From contig CM120644.1 in the NCBI GenBank assembly GCA_051362555.1, forward strand, positions 22,652,534-22,716,533: 64,000 bases of DNA. The letters run 5' to 3'. Below are positions 1 through 11,720 of the stretch, in pieces. Every line of letters starts with the position of its first letter. Positions within the stretch are counted from its first letter, which is position 1. Source of the DNA: Lingula anatina (taxonomy: Eukaryota > Animalia > Brachiopoda). The position numbers and the translations under genes were made by a program. The notes beneath the pieces were generated by a model. That model ran no database searches, was not told the DNA's origin, and saw only the letters and a program-made list of their open reading frames with translations.

Positions 1-728
1 GTTTGGTAACTTGTTTAATTGAGTCAATTATTTCTTGGAATGCTATGTGTAATTTCCTTCAAAGGGAAGAGATAGCCATTCAGATGAAAGGCCTTTTGTA
101 TTCTGAATTAGCCCAGAAAGTTAGTGTTAAGGTTGATTTCTTGTTGAGTTCCTCTGAGAGAGGGGATTTCAAATGTCATTTATAATATCATTGATGTAAA
201 ATAAACCATTTTTACACCATCTTTTATGGAAAATAGTTTTTCAGTTTCTTTCAGTTTTTGAGTTTTGACATAATGGTTGTGATGAGATTTCATCTGGGGC
301 AAAATTGGGATTTTCCTGAATTTCACTCAAAGAACCAATAATTTTTGCCAAAAGGGATTAGAAGTTGCTTTGAGTATTTTTAATCCACCTTTTGTTACTA
401 CCGATTCCTGACATTTCGCCGAGAAAAATGCTTTCCACTTTTATTTTCTTCATAAAGAAGTCTTTTAAGCCATATAAAGTTTAGGGCCTTGGTAAACATT
501 TTATTTGCGGTACCTTTTACTGTCCATTTTTGTAATCAGACGCAATCCTTGCTCATTTTATTTTGTATCTTTTCCCATTCCTGATAAATATGATATGCAT
601 ATTTTTAAGTATTGAGGGAGGGGGGTGGGGGTGCTGGTAGGAGAGTTTATACATGCACTAAGATGAGAGATAGTAAAGGTTTAACCACTGTTGATTTTCC
701 TATTATTGAAAGGTTTCTCAGAGACCAG
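1..728 (-). mobile_element. Tx1/L1-clade LINE ORF2 (post-RT region) remnant, 3' part
   Basis: Minus-strand translation gives WSLRNLSIIGKSTVVKPLL..LVHV..LPAP, then a frameshifted FIW-GK-KIK..DYKNG..FTKALNFIWLKRLL-like stretch, typical of L1/Tx1 ORF2. Many stops and frameshifts. Confidence 0.75.
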
Positions 729-2671
729 GGCCGGCTTTCACGAAACGTTTCGCAGTTTGCGCAATTGCGCAAAGTCCCTTTTTGCGAACAGACCCTTTCA
801 CGAACGTTTCGCAATGTAATTTTGCGCAAAATATTGCGCTATTTGCGCAAGATATTTGGTACAGGTCGGACCCTGTCGCTAAGACTTTTCGCAAGCGTAC
901 TTTGGCGTTTGCGTTGCTTTTCTTGTCGTTCGAAACGAAAATAGGCGAATTTACATGTACCCGGTGTACCTAATTACCGTGTACAACCGAGCACAACCGA
1001 CCACTACCGTCCACAAGCACTAATATTACCGTCGGCACAACAGTCCACAAGCAATAAATACCGTCCACAAGCGTCCTCCCATATGAAAGAAGTGTAAAAT
1101 CAGATAATAGTTAGAAATGTAACATAAAATGATGCTTTATTGGAAAAAAAATGTAATGAACGCGTGTCTGTAGACGTTTTCAAGACGGTGAACCAGACTC
1201 GATTGTCTCATTTGTTGCATTGAAAACCACGTAAAACGATGTTTACTATTGTATACTAGTCTTCCAAAATGAAAAAAAAAGGAAAAAAAAAAAACGTTCA
1301 TAAGTATACAGTAAACATCGATATAGCCAGGTTGCCTTTAGATTCAACAAGCGTTCAACGGTACAGTCGAGCGTGCGGAAAACGGACTCTGCACTGAATG
1401 CGGTTATTTCTATAAATAAAGTTTATATAACTATCAGTCATTTTTGTCTGTCAAAGTCCATGGTTTTACCCTACTCCGTTTTTAGAATAATTGAATGAAG
1501 GGCGACCATAAGCATACAGAAAAATCAGATGTAAAATAAAACAATTGTTTATTGACAATTCACGCCCGACTATGCATACCAATAGCATTAGTCGGCGTTA
1601 CTTTTCTGTCAAAACCTGGTTAATTTTCTAATATGTGAAAACTTTGGGACGGGAGTAAATATCTTGTTGAAATGTTGTTTATTAGCCAAAATATAACCAG
1701 AAATTTTGTAAGATGTTTTATTTAATAACTCTAGCATCACTTATGCTATTTATATATCCAAATGTAGTGTTGGAATTTGATTAAATAGCAGTGCTCTTAT
1801 ATGGCAGTGTTATCTTGATGAAGGAAGAAATTAGTAATAACAATATCAGTATTTAAATGAAAAGATGGGCACAGGTGTTCATAAGATCAAAGATAATGGG
1901 ATAATTATAATGTTTGCAACCCAAGTTTCCGAATAAAAGCAAGTGCAAGTGTATCCATCACTCTAACCATGTCTGGAAAGCAAGGTGGACCGATTATTCT
2001 CCTCTGTGGAGACTCTCATATCAGGCGGTTGCGGGACGGCCATTTGCCAGCCCCAGGTGAATTTAAACGACATATGCATCCACGTCAACCATCACTAATT
2101 TTTATGTTTAATAAGACGCCTTTACTTTTAATGTATTTTTGAAATATTTTTCATATATTGAGCATTATGTTGGTTTCTATACAGAGTATGTCGGTATCTC
2201 AAATCGATACGACTCGACAAGCAAAATGATAAAACGACTTTGTAAAAAATATTTTTCTCTCAAATGTTGAAAGTGACAATCTCGAAATGATGTTAGCACC
2301 TCGCAAAAATTTTTTTCTTGTCAAAATGATGAAAGTGACGATCTCAAAATAATGTTAGCACCTCCCCCCCCCCCCCCCCAAAAAAAAAAAAAATCTTATC
2401 AAAATGATACTTTCATCATTTTTGTAGGCCTACAAGCGGCGTTCTATACATCCAGGGGTCCGGAGCACGAGCATTTGTTGTCATATTTCTTGCCTCCGCC
2501 GCCAAAAGAGTTGGGTTTTGAGATTACAATATTTACTTCCAGGCACGACGTCGTGCGCTAATAGCGAAAAAAATTGCGAAAGGTTTCGAGAAAGCTACGC
2601 TAAAAAAATTAGCGCAATTGCGCAAACCATAGCGAGTGCGCAAACTGCGAAACGTTTCGTGAAAGCCGGCC
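729..2671. mobile_element. Non-autonomous PIF/Harbinger-like DNA transposon (~1.94 kb)
   Basis: Perfect ~35-bp TIR GGCCGGCTTTCACGAAACGTTTCGCAGTTTGCGCA / TGCGCAAACTGCGAAACGTTTCGTGAAAGCCGGCC with a 3-bp CAG duplication (726-728, 2672-2674). Removing it restores the LINE frame KMKNILEI-WSLRNLS. CWG TSDs are known for Harbingers. Confidence 0.85.
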
Positions 2672-2850
2672 CAGATTTCCAAGATATTTTTCATTTTGTT
2701 CAAAATTTTCTAAAAAGTTTTTGCACATTGTATTTTGTCAGTTTCTATTCTCTACCAAGTAACTTAAATACACCTTCATGTGGTTCTATTTTAATTATTT
2801 TTGTTAATCAATGAAGTTCAAAAGTTTCTGTTCACACCCAAAGGCCATTA
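2672..2850 (-). mobile_element. Tx1/L1 LINE ORF2 remnant, part upstream of the Harbinger insertion
   Basis: Minus strand reads EPHEGVFKLLG..KMKNILEIW and continues in frame into 1-728. Confidence 0.65.
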
Positions 2851-2859
2851 GATGCCATA

Positions 2860-3130
2860 TCTTACTTCCACCAAGGCTGCTCTACAACAATATAGGAGTA
2901 TTCTTGCGAGATGAACATATCTGAATCAGCACTACGGTGCCATGTCATCAGATACCATGTGCTCACTCTGGTTGGACTTGTGCAGAACAGTGGACCCTTG
3001 TGTACACATTTTCCAGAAGCTATTGACCTGCCCAGAGTTGCTCCAGTGTGCATGTAGGTTCAGATGTAGAGGCTGACAATGTGAAAGGGCAAAATGCACT
3101 GTATATTGCACATACAAGGGAGAATTTAAC
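2860..3130 (+). mobile_element. AcademX-type transposase C-terminus (Cys8 zinc finger) remnant
   Basis: LTSTKAALQQYR ... TCPELLQCACRFRCRG*QCERAKCTVYCTYKG matches the LPPTxAALxxH..CxC-C-CxC-CT-CxC end of Academ XPG-type proteins. Contains stops. Confidence 0.6.
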
Positions 3131-3499
3131 GCCCTAACCATAGGAAAATTTTTTTAAAAGAGTCGTAAGGTGATAAAAGCATGGAAATGACTGGTTACTA
3201 ACTTGGAACGTGCTGCCTTAAGTATCTGCAGCGGCAATGTTTTTTTATCGAATGTGTGTAAACATCACACAATTGCTTCAACTTACTGGATTAAAAATAT
3301 GAATATCTTGCTCAAAAGTGTAGTTCTTAGCTAGTATTGTAGATTTGCCTTACTTAATAGACTAACGCAATTTCAAATGCTTCTCGCTAGGGTAATATGC
3401 TGCTTGGCAACTGAGGCTAAGGTTAATTTGGGTTTTAATTGCCTTAAAATTGTCTAGTGATAGTTCTGATGCCCTGAAACATAGTTATTAGCATTTCAT

Positions 3500-5142
3500 T
3501 AATTTCAAGTGCATTTATACAATGCATTTCAAGAACGTAAGTAAAATATTCTAGTAGATGGACTTATGCAGTAACAACGTGATCGATCTGGTTCAGTTAA
3601 TCCCATTCCTCTGCTAAAGGTCGGTGATGCCGACCTCAGTTTATTTTCTAAGTTAAGTGCTTTATTTATTTCCCTCCTGTGTGATATTACAAGAAAGAGA
3701 GGGAGAGAGAGAGTATTCGGAAGAGGAAGAAAATGTAATAAGCAAAAAGAGTATACAACAGAATAATTTAAATGACCCATGGTGGGAGTAACACTTGATT
3801 GTATCGCAGCGAATTTGTGTAAATCAAGTCGTTCTTCGAAAGCCGACCTTTTATTGTATTGCTGGGGTCCATGGTAATTAAGGATAATAATTGTGTATAT
3901 TTGTACTCTGAACCTTTTGTCAGTTGACAAGACGAGGTGTCGCTTAGTCTTTAATGCAATCGCTTGAACTCGGGGGCTATGAGTTATGTGAATAATGCGT
4001 TTATAGCCTCTCGCTTGCACCCTCTACGGTTGAATCACCAATGACTTTCCCAGCACTATTTTACTGCCCTCTGATATCTGGGCCCCACTAGAATACGTAC
4101 AAAATCACACTCTGCTATTTAACAATTTTGTAACAGACTAGCGCACCCTGTGGTCAGAGAGTACTATTTAACCATGATTAATGGAAGTGATTGCAGTAAT
4201 CAATTTCAAATTTAAGAGACTGCAGTGAGCTAACATTTTTCAACACTGGTCGTGTTCACAAAATACTGTAAATACTGCAAAGGGAAAGTAAAAAATACCA
4301 GAGAGAGAGAGAGAGAGAGAGAGATTGACGGTGCGAAATACGAAAAAAAAAAAAAAAAAGATCCTGGGTAGATAAATCTCTCCTGCAATTTTAACATATA
4401 ATATGTTGATGAATGAAGATAGGTCTTCTCAACTTTTGATTCTAAATTGATAGAAATGTACACTGGGTAGATTAATGTCTCGTACATTTTTTTTTACTTT
4501 TCAAATGTTGATGAGAGCTTTATTTTCCCTCCTTTGTGATATCACAAGAAAAAGAGGGAGAGGGAGCATTTAGAAGGGGAAGAAAATATAAGAAGTAAAA
4601 AGAAAATACAATAGAATAATTTAAAGGGCCCTCTAGTGACTTTTAAATTAGTTGCAATTGATATTGCTGATTTCTCATTTAGTAGAATTGATATAAGAAA
4701 CATGTTTTAGTGACATGCGGTTGCCAAGATGTAGATAATATGTCATTATTCACTCGAAAAGTACCATACCCTTGACATTTGTTCATAATCTTGGACTCTG
4801 CTGACCTTAAAATAGGTGCAAAACGATCGCTTTTCCTCGCGGGCTATGAGCTATAATGAATAAAGGTTTTATAGCTCCTCGCTTGCACCCTCTATTATTG
4901 AACCACTAATGACTTTCCCAGCACTATTTTACTGCCCATTGATATCTGGACCCCACTAGAATACGTAGAAATCACACTTTGCTTTTTTTTAACAGTTTTG
5001 TAACTGACTAGCGCACCCTGTGGTCAGAGAGTACTATTTAATCATGATAAAGGTAAGTGACAGAGAAAGAGATTTAGCCTTTTTTAACCCTGGTCGTGTT
5101 CACAAAATAATTTACAGATATTGCAAAGAGAAAGTAAAAAAT

Positions 5143-5179
<37 letters not shown>

Positions 5180-6223
5180 ACGGTGCGCAATACGAAAAAA
5201 AAAATGATACTCGGTAGATAAATCTCTCCTGTATTTTTACATGTAATACGTTGATGAGTGAAGATAGGCCTTTTTTAACTTTTGATTCTAGATTGATATA
5301 AATGTACACTGGGTAGAATAATTGCTCGTACATTTGTTACAATTATTCAACTTTTGATTCTAGATTAATAGAAATGTACACTGGGCAGATTAATGTCTCG
5401 TACATTTTTTACATTTAAAATGTTGATGAGTGCTTTATTTTCCCTCCTTTGTGATATCACAAGAAAAAGAGGGAGAGGGAGCATTTAGAAGGGGAAGAAA
5501 ATATCAGAAGTAAAAAGAAAATACAATAAAATAATTTACAGGACCCTCTGGTAAATTAGTCAGGGGCGGATTTAGGCCGTCTTCTGGGTCTTCCAGAAGA
5601 CGGTCAGATTTTCAAGTTTACATTGACGGGTATCCAATTTTTAATGTTGGAAGACGGTCAAAATTGGAGGATGAATCAACAAAGATAATTTGGAAGACTG
5701 TCAGTATATAGCTCTGGATCCGCCCCTGTTAGTTGCAATTGATATTGTTGATTTCTCATTTAGTAGAATTGATATATTAAACATGTTTTACTGACATACG
5801 GTTGCCAAGATGTAGATAATATGTTATTATTCACTCGAAAAGTACCCTAACCCTGACATTTTTTTTACAATTTTGGACTCTGCTGACCTTAAAATAGGTT
5901 CAAAACGAACGCTTTTCCTCGCGGGCTATGAGCTACAATGAATAAAGGTTTTATAGCTCCTCGCTTGCACCCTCTACGGTTTAATCACCAATGACTTTCC
6001 CAGCACTATTTTACTGCCCATTGATATCTGGGCCCCACTAGAATACATACAAATCACACTTTGCTTTTTTAACAGTTTTGTAACTGACTAGGGCACCCTG
6101 TGGACAGAGAGTACTATTTAATCATGCTTAAGGAAAGTGATTGAGAAAGAGATTCAGCCTTTTTTAACACTAGTGGTGTTCAAAAATACTGTAAATATTG
6201 CAAAGAGAAAGTAAAAAATACCC

Positions 6224-6257
<34 letters not shown>

Positions 6258-7080
6258 TTGACGGTGCGCAATATGAAAAAAAAAAATGATGGGTAGATAA
6301 ATCTCTTCTGCAGTTTTAACATGTAATATGTTGATGAGTAGAGATAGGCCTTTTTTCAGCTTTTGGTTGTAGATTAATAGAAATGAACACTGGGTAGATT
6401 AATGTTTCGTACATTAATTACATTTAAAATGTTGATGAGTGCTTTATTTTCCCTCCTTTGTGATATCACAAGAAAAAGAGGGAGAAGGAGCATTTAGAAT
6501 TGGAAGAAAATATAATAAGCAAAAATAACATACAATGAAATAATTTAAAGGGCCCTCTGGTGACTTTAATATTAGTTGCAATTGATATTGTTGATTTCTC
6601 ATTTAGAAGGAATTGATATATTAAACATGTTTTACTGACATACGGTTGCCAAGATGTAGATAAAATGTTATTATTCACTCGAAAAGTACCCTAACCCTGA
6701 CATTTGTTCATAATCTTGGACTCTGCTGACCTTAAAATAGGTGCAAAACGATCGCTTTTCCTCGCGGGCTATGAGCTACAATAAATAAAGGATTTATAGC
6801 CATCGCTTCCACCCTCTACGGTTGAATCATCAATGACTTTCCCAGCACTATTTAACTGCCTTCTGATATCTGGGCTCCACTTGAATACGTACAAAATCAC
6901 ACTTTGCTTTTTTAACAGTTTTGTAACTGACTAGTGCACCCTGTGGTCAGAGAGTACTATTTAACAATGATTAAGGGAAGTGATTGCAGTAATCAATTTC
7001 AAATTTTAGAGATTGTTTAGCAAGCTTACCTTTTTCAACACTGGTCGTGTTAAAAAGACTATAAATATTACAAAGAGGGT

Positions 7081-7115
<35 letters not shown>
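3500..7115 (+). repeat. Tandem array of ~0.85-1.0 kb complex units (A-B-B-B)
   Basis: Anchor TTTATTT(T)CCCTCCT(G/T)TGTGATAT recurs at ~3665, 4518, 5433 and 6443. Each unit has GCTTGCACCCTCTAC..CCCCACTAGAATAC..CACCCTGTGGTCAGAGAGTAC and a (GA)n tract. Confidence 0.9.
5561..5728 (+). mobile_element. 168-bp MITE with CAGGGGCGGA TIRs (hAT-like)
   Basis: CAGGGGCGGAT...ATCCGCCCCTG flanked by TTAGT/TTAGT. The empty site GGTAAATTAGTTGC is seen in a sibling unit at ~11160. Confidence 0.85.
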
Positions 7116-7118
<3 letters not shown>

Positions 7119-7186
7119 CCCGTAGCCAGCAGTTTCAAAGGGGGGTTCTTTTTTCCGAAAAATTGGACCTTTTTACCGTGAACTAA

Positions 7187-7411
7187 GGGTACATTCCCAG
7201 AGATTTAGATCGATCCAGCGATTTAGATTTAGATCGACCTAACTCCCTGGGGGTTCACGCTAAATTGCAGTCAGCCGAGCGCGCAGCATAGTTACTTACC
7301 CCCTTACAGCTTTTAGTAGGCGGGACAGACGCTTAAGCCGACTAAGCTGACAGTAATCTAGTGAGACTCCCCACAGGGATAGATCGATATAAAATATATG
7401 GGAATGGGGTC
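7187..7411. mobile_element. Harbinger/Tourist-like MITE
   Basis: Imperfect TIRs (CATTCCCAGAGATTTAGATCGATC / GATCGATATAAAATATATGGGAATG), TAA/TTA flanks, and internal homology to 34924-35120. Confidence 0.7.
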
Positions 7412-7429
7412 TTACATGTGCAATATTTA

Positions 7430-7890
7430 GTGGAAAAGGTGATGTGCATGAGACCTAATACATAAGAAGAGGCAGTCGAAAATGCCCGTATGTGTGGCGC
7501 AAATATTCAAATGCTGGGGTTACGCACTAAAAATGGTAGTAAGCAAGTGCACAAAGTTACTTTTTAAGGAACCCCAGTCTCCATGTGTAAGTCATATTTA
7601 GCGTTAAATCCACCAAATGTGAGTCGCGTTCAGTTTTCACCTCGTAGCTTGAGCCCTAATCGAACAAAATCATTTCAGTCGAATGATGCAGAGCAGAGGA
7701 TGCAAAGCATTGAATCCTCATTGTTGGAATTGATTCAGTCGGTGAACCAGACACAACAGGGCAATGAGACTCAGTTTAGTACACCCCGAGGGCACCACAA
7801 GGTGCTATAACTGCCATGAAATGGGTCACATAAGCACCAATTGTCCCCAGAAAAACGGTGATTCGTTAAACCGCGACAGGTCGCCTGGGG
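7430..7890 (+). mobile_element. Gypsy-type LTR retrotransposon gag remnant with CCHC zinc knuckle
   Basis: EKVMCMRPNT*EEAVENAR gag-like motif and RCYNCHEMGHISTNCP (Cx2Cx4Hx4C). Frameshifted. Confidence 0.7.
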
Positions 7891-9819
7891 TTACGCAAAT
7901 TATGGGGTTACGCACTGAAAATTGTAGTGAGCAAGTAACCGTAGTCCTCTGAAAAAATTGCCCGTTTGGCCGCCAATATATGGAATCTCTATAGAAATAT
8001 GTACAAACCTGTATTAATCTGAGGGCGGTCGAATTCAGATTATGGAATCAGACATTATTTATTTGAGAAATTAGCGACAGTCTCAAAAACTCTGTCATTT
8101 TGACAAGAAGTTAACGATTTGTGACCATGTAGAAAGAGGTAAGTTTAATGTTATTGCGTTCTGAAATTAATGTAGTCATCTGCAAGTATATTTTTGATTA
8201 ATTTATAGAAATTACGGTATTTTGACTGTTTAAGAAGGTATCGAAAGTAGAAATGTCGTGGAGTTCCAGCCTTTCCGCATAGTTTGGAGTGTTTAATGAT
8301 AACCAATTATGCTTAAAAAGTTGAGATTTGAATGATAGGTCTACGCGAGCCCGATAAAATGTATTTCTTGTATCCTAGCAAGCTATTAAGTGATAACAGA
8401 TTTTTTTCTGACAATGAGGCAGTTTCGGAATATAGTCAAAGTCAGACGGATGTTTATTACAAGTCCCTAGGAGTAATAACTCTACGTTTTGGTGACATTT
8501 TATTTTACAACTAGGCGGCTTTGGAATATGCAAGTGCTGGTTTTCAGAGCAATTCTTGTGCTACATGCCACAAAGCTCAAAGTGGGAATAGATTTAATTT
8601 TTACCGATGTTTCTGATAAAGAGGAAGAATGAACAACTTAAAAACAAAAGATAAATAACACAAAATCGTTAAAAAATTATATATTTACAAATATTTTTGC
8701 ATGCACATATGCCTTAACTGTAAAATAATTCCCGTTTTCAAACCATACTCACATGATATGACTTAGTGAAATAAAATGATAAAGAATAAGTGTTGAACCT
8801 GAAAAGTTAATGCTAAATTTTAAGAGTGCGAGAGATTTTTAATTTGTCTAGGTATATAACGCAAGAAAAGTCGCTATTCTCTTGATACCAAGAATGTTAC
8901 ATGTTAAGTTGTCTTCGGCTTTCAGCATTTTAGAGACCTCGACTGATTTAACCAAGATGCAGTCTAGACTATACATCGAGGTTTAATCCGAGTTTTCCGA
9001 GAGACACTAAGTAGAAATGTCGAGTGAAGCGAGATATTTCTGGTAGCGGCTTGAGGTTGCCCTCGATCTTCACTGCAGCTTGGCAAAATGGACAGGCTTC
9101 AGTGATATCGACACGGTCACATAACATCCCTAGGTATGAATATACACTGTAGCTGCAAGTTAAACCAGTGTCACTTGTTATTTTATTCGATTTGCTGTGT
9201 CACATGATCAATAAAATATTATTTGTTTGTGCGTAGTCAACAATTCACCCTGCCTCTTTTTATGTCAAAAAGAACTGTTGTAAGTTTTACGCATATTGGA
9301 TTTATAGAAAAATGGAAAAAAAAATAAGAAAGTGGAAAGAAACTTGGCAGAAAATCTAGCGACTTGCATTTTTATGTAAAGTTAAAGTAACAACAAAACC
9401 TATTTTTGTTTAATTCCCCTAACACTAAACTAGTAATATCATCGCAACAAATACGTTGTAGCCGAAAAAAAAAGGATGAACAAATATTAATAGTAACAAA
9501 GAAAACAAAAGTGTTTTTAGAACAAATATCACAATCACAATTAAACCAGCTTATTTCACGCAGCCAGGCCGCCTCACTTAATACAAATCACTTGTACTGG
9601 AAAACGAACAAAAGAATGACACCAGTTTTTTTCAGAAAATTACTTGGTCTAAAGCGGCACATTTTCGGGTCTATTTAATGCCGTTTAATGTTAAGCCGGC
9701 GGCAAGGATCATGTATAGGGATAAAAAAACAGAGGCTTCCCTCAATTACCGTATATTACGTATTATATACTCCATGCACTTGCCGCTGTTCTACGTAACC
9801 CAAGAATTGAACTGAATGC

Positions 9820-10802
9820 TGGTCATAAAGTTCCCCAGTCCTGGGCTTCGTCTTTTCAAGATAACTGTTGAGTAGAGATCACTTTTAATACATTCAATTT
9901 TTCACTATTTTAACGACAAACTACATGTTTACACAGATGATCAACCATGTGTCGCTTTGTGCAGTGCTTCAACGACCCACGTTTTATGAGACACATCTTC
10001 AATTATTTATCCACAAGGTTTTATTGGGCTAGACTTGCGTGTTTGTCATATTTAGTGTATTTATACAATGCATTGCAAGAACGTAAGTAAAATATTCTAG
10101 TAGATGAACTTATGCAGTAACAACGTGATCGATCTGGTCCAGTTAATCTCTTTCCTCTGCTAAAGGTCGGTGATGCCGACCTCAGCTTATTTTTTAAGTT
10201 GAGTGCTTTATTTATTTCCCTCCTGTGTGATATTACAAGAAAGAGAGGGAGAGAGAGAGAGAGTATTCGGAAGAAGAAAAAAATGTAATAAGCAAAAAGA
10301 GTATACAACAGAATAATTTAAATGACCCATGGTGGGAGTAGCACTTGATTGTATCGCAGCGAACTTGTGTAAATCAAGTCGATCTTCAAAAACCGACCTT
10401 TTATTGTATTGCTCGGGCCCATGGTAATTAAGGATAATAATTGTGTATATTTGTACTTTGAACCTTTTGTCAGTTGACAGGACGAGGTGTCGCCAAATCC
10501 TTAAAACAATCGCTTGAACTCGCGGGCTATGAACTATATGAATAAAGGTTTTATAGCTCCTCGCTTGCACCTCTATTGTTGAATCAACAATGACTTTCCC
10601 AGCACTATTTTACTGCCCATTGATATCTGGGCCCCACTAGAATACGTAGAAATCACACTCTGCTTTTTTATTTAACAGTTTAGTAACTGACTAGCGCACC
10701 CTGTGGTCAGAGAATACTATTTAATCATGATTAGCCTTTTTTAACCCTGGTCGTGTTCACAAAATAATTTACAGATATTGCAAAGAGAAAGTAACAAATA
10801 CC

Positions 10803-10844
<42 letters not shown>

Positions 10845-11720
10845 ACGGTGCGCAATACGAAAAAAAAAATGATACTGGGTAGATAAATCTCTCCTGTATT
10901 TTTACATGTAATACGTTGATGAGTGAATAATTGCTCGTACATTTGTTACAATTTTTCAACTTTTGATTCTAGATTAATAGAAATGTACACTGGGTAGATT
11001 AATGTTTCGTACATTAATTACATTTAAAATGTTGATGAGAGCTTTATTTTCCCTCCTTTGTGATATCACAAGAAAAAGAGGGAGAAGGAGCATTTAGAAG
11101 GGGAAGAAAATATCAGAAGTAAAAAGAAAATACAATAAAATAATTTAAAGGACCCTCTGGTAAATTAGTTGCAATTGATATTGTTGATTTCTCATTTAGT
11201 AGAATTGATATATTAAACATGTTTTACTGACATACGGTTGCCAAGATGTAGATAATATGTTATTATTCACTCGAAAAGTACCATAACCTTCATATTTGTT
11301 CATAATCTTGGACTCTGCTGACCTTAAAATAGGTGCAAAACGATCGCTTTTCCGCGCGGGCTATGAGCTATAATGAATAAAGGTTTTATAGCTCCTCTCT
11401 TGCACCCTCTACGGTTGAATCACCAATGACCTTCCCAGCACTATTTTACTGCCCATTGATATCTGGACCCCACTAGAATACGTAGAAATCACACTTTGCC
11501 TGTTTTAACAGTTTTGTAACTGACTAGTGCACCCTGTGGTCAGAGAGTACTATTTAATCATGATTAAGGGAAGTGATTGCAGTAATCAATTTCAAATTTT
11601 AGGGATTGTATAGTAAGCTTACCATTTTCAACACTGGTCGTGTTCACAAAAGACTAAAATATTACAGAGAGTATAAAATATCCGAGAGAGAGAGAAAAAG
11701 AGAGAGAGAGAGAGAAATGA
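9820..11720 (+). repeat. Second copy of the macro-repeat family (leader plus A-B units)
   Basis: 10060-10700 aligns to 3510-4180 (near-identical spurious ORFs 3529-4020 and 10021-10570). B unit anchored at ~11042. Confidence 0.9.

Noticed and set aside
612-973. Overlapping ORFs at the Harbinger left end
   Set aside because: Read-through of a GC-rich palindromic TIR with no protein motif, apart from the LINE part of 647-829.
3529-4020. 163-aa ORF with a paralogue at 10021-10570
   Set aside because: It lies in a repeat unit, runs through a (CT)n tract, and its frame is broken in the paralogue.
8895-9300. 3' LTR of the Gypsy gag remnant (TGTTAC start, AATAAA)
   Set aside because: No partner LTR, polypurine tract or TSD is visible.
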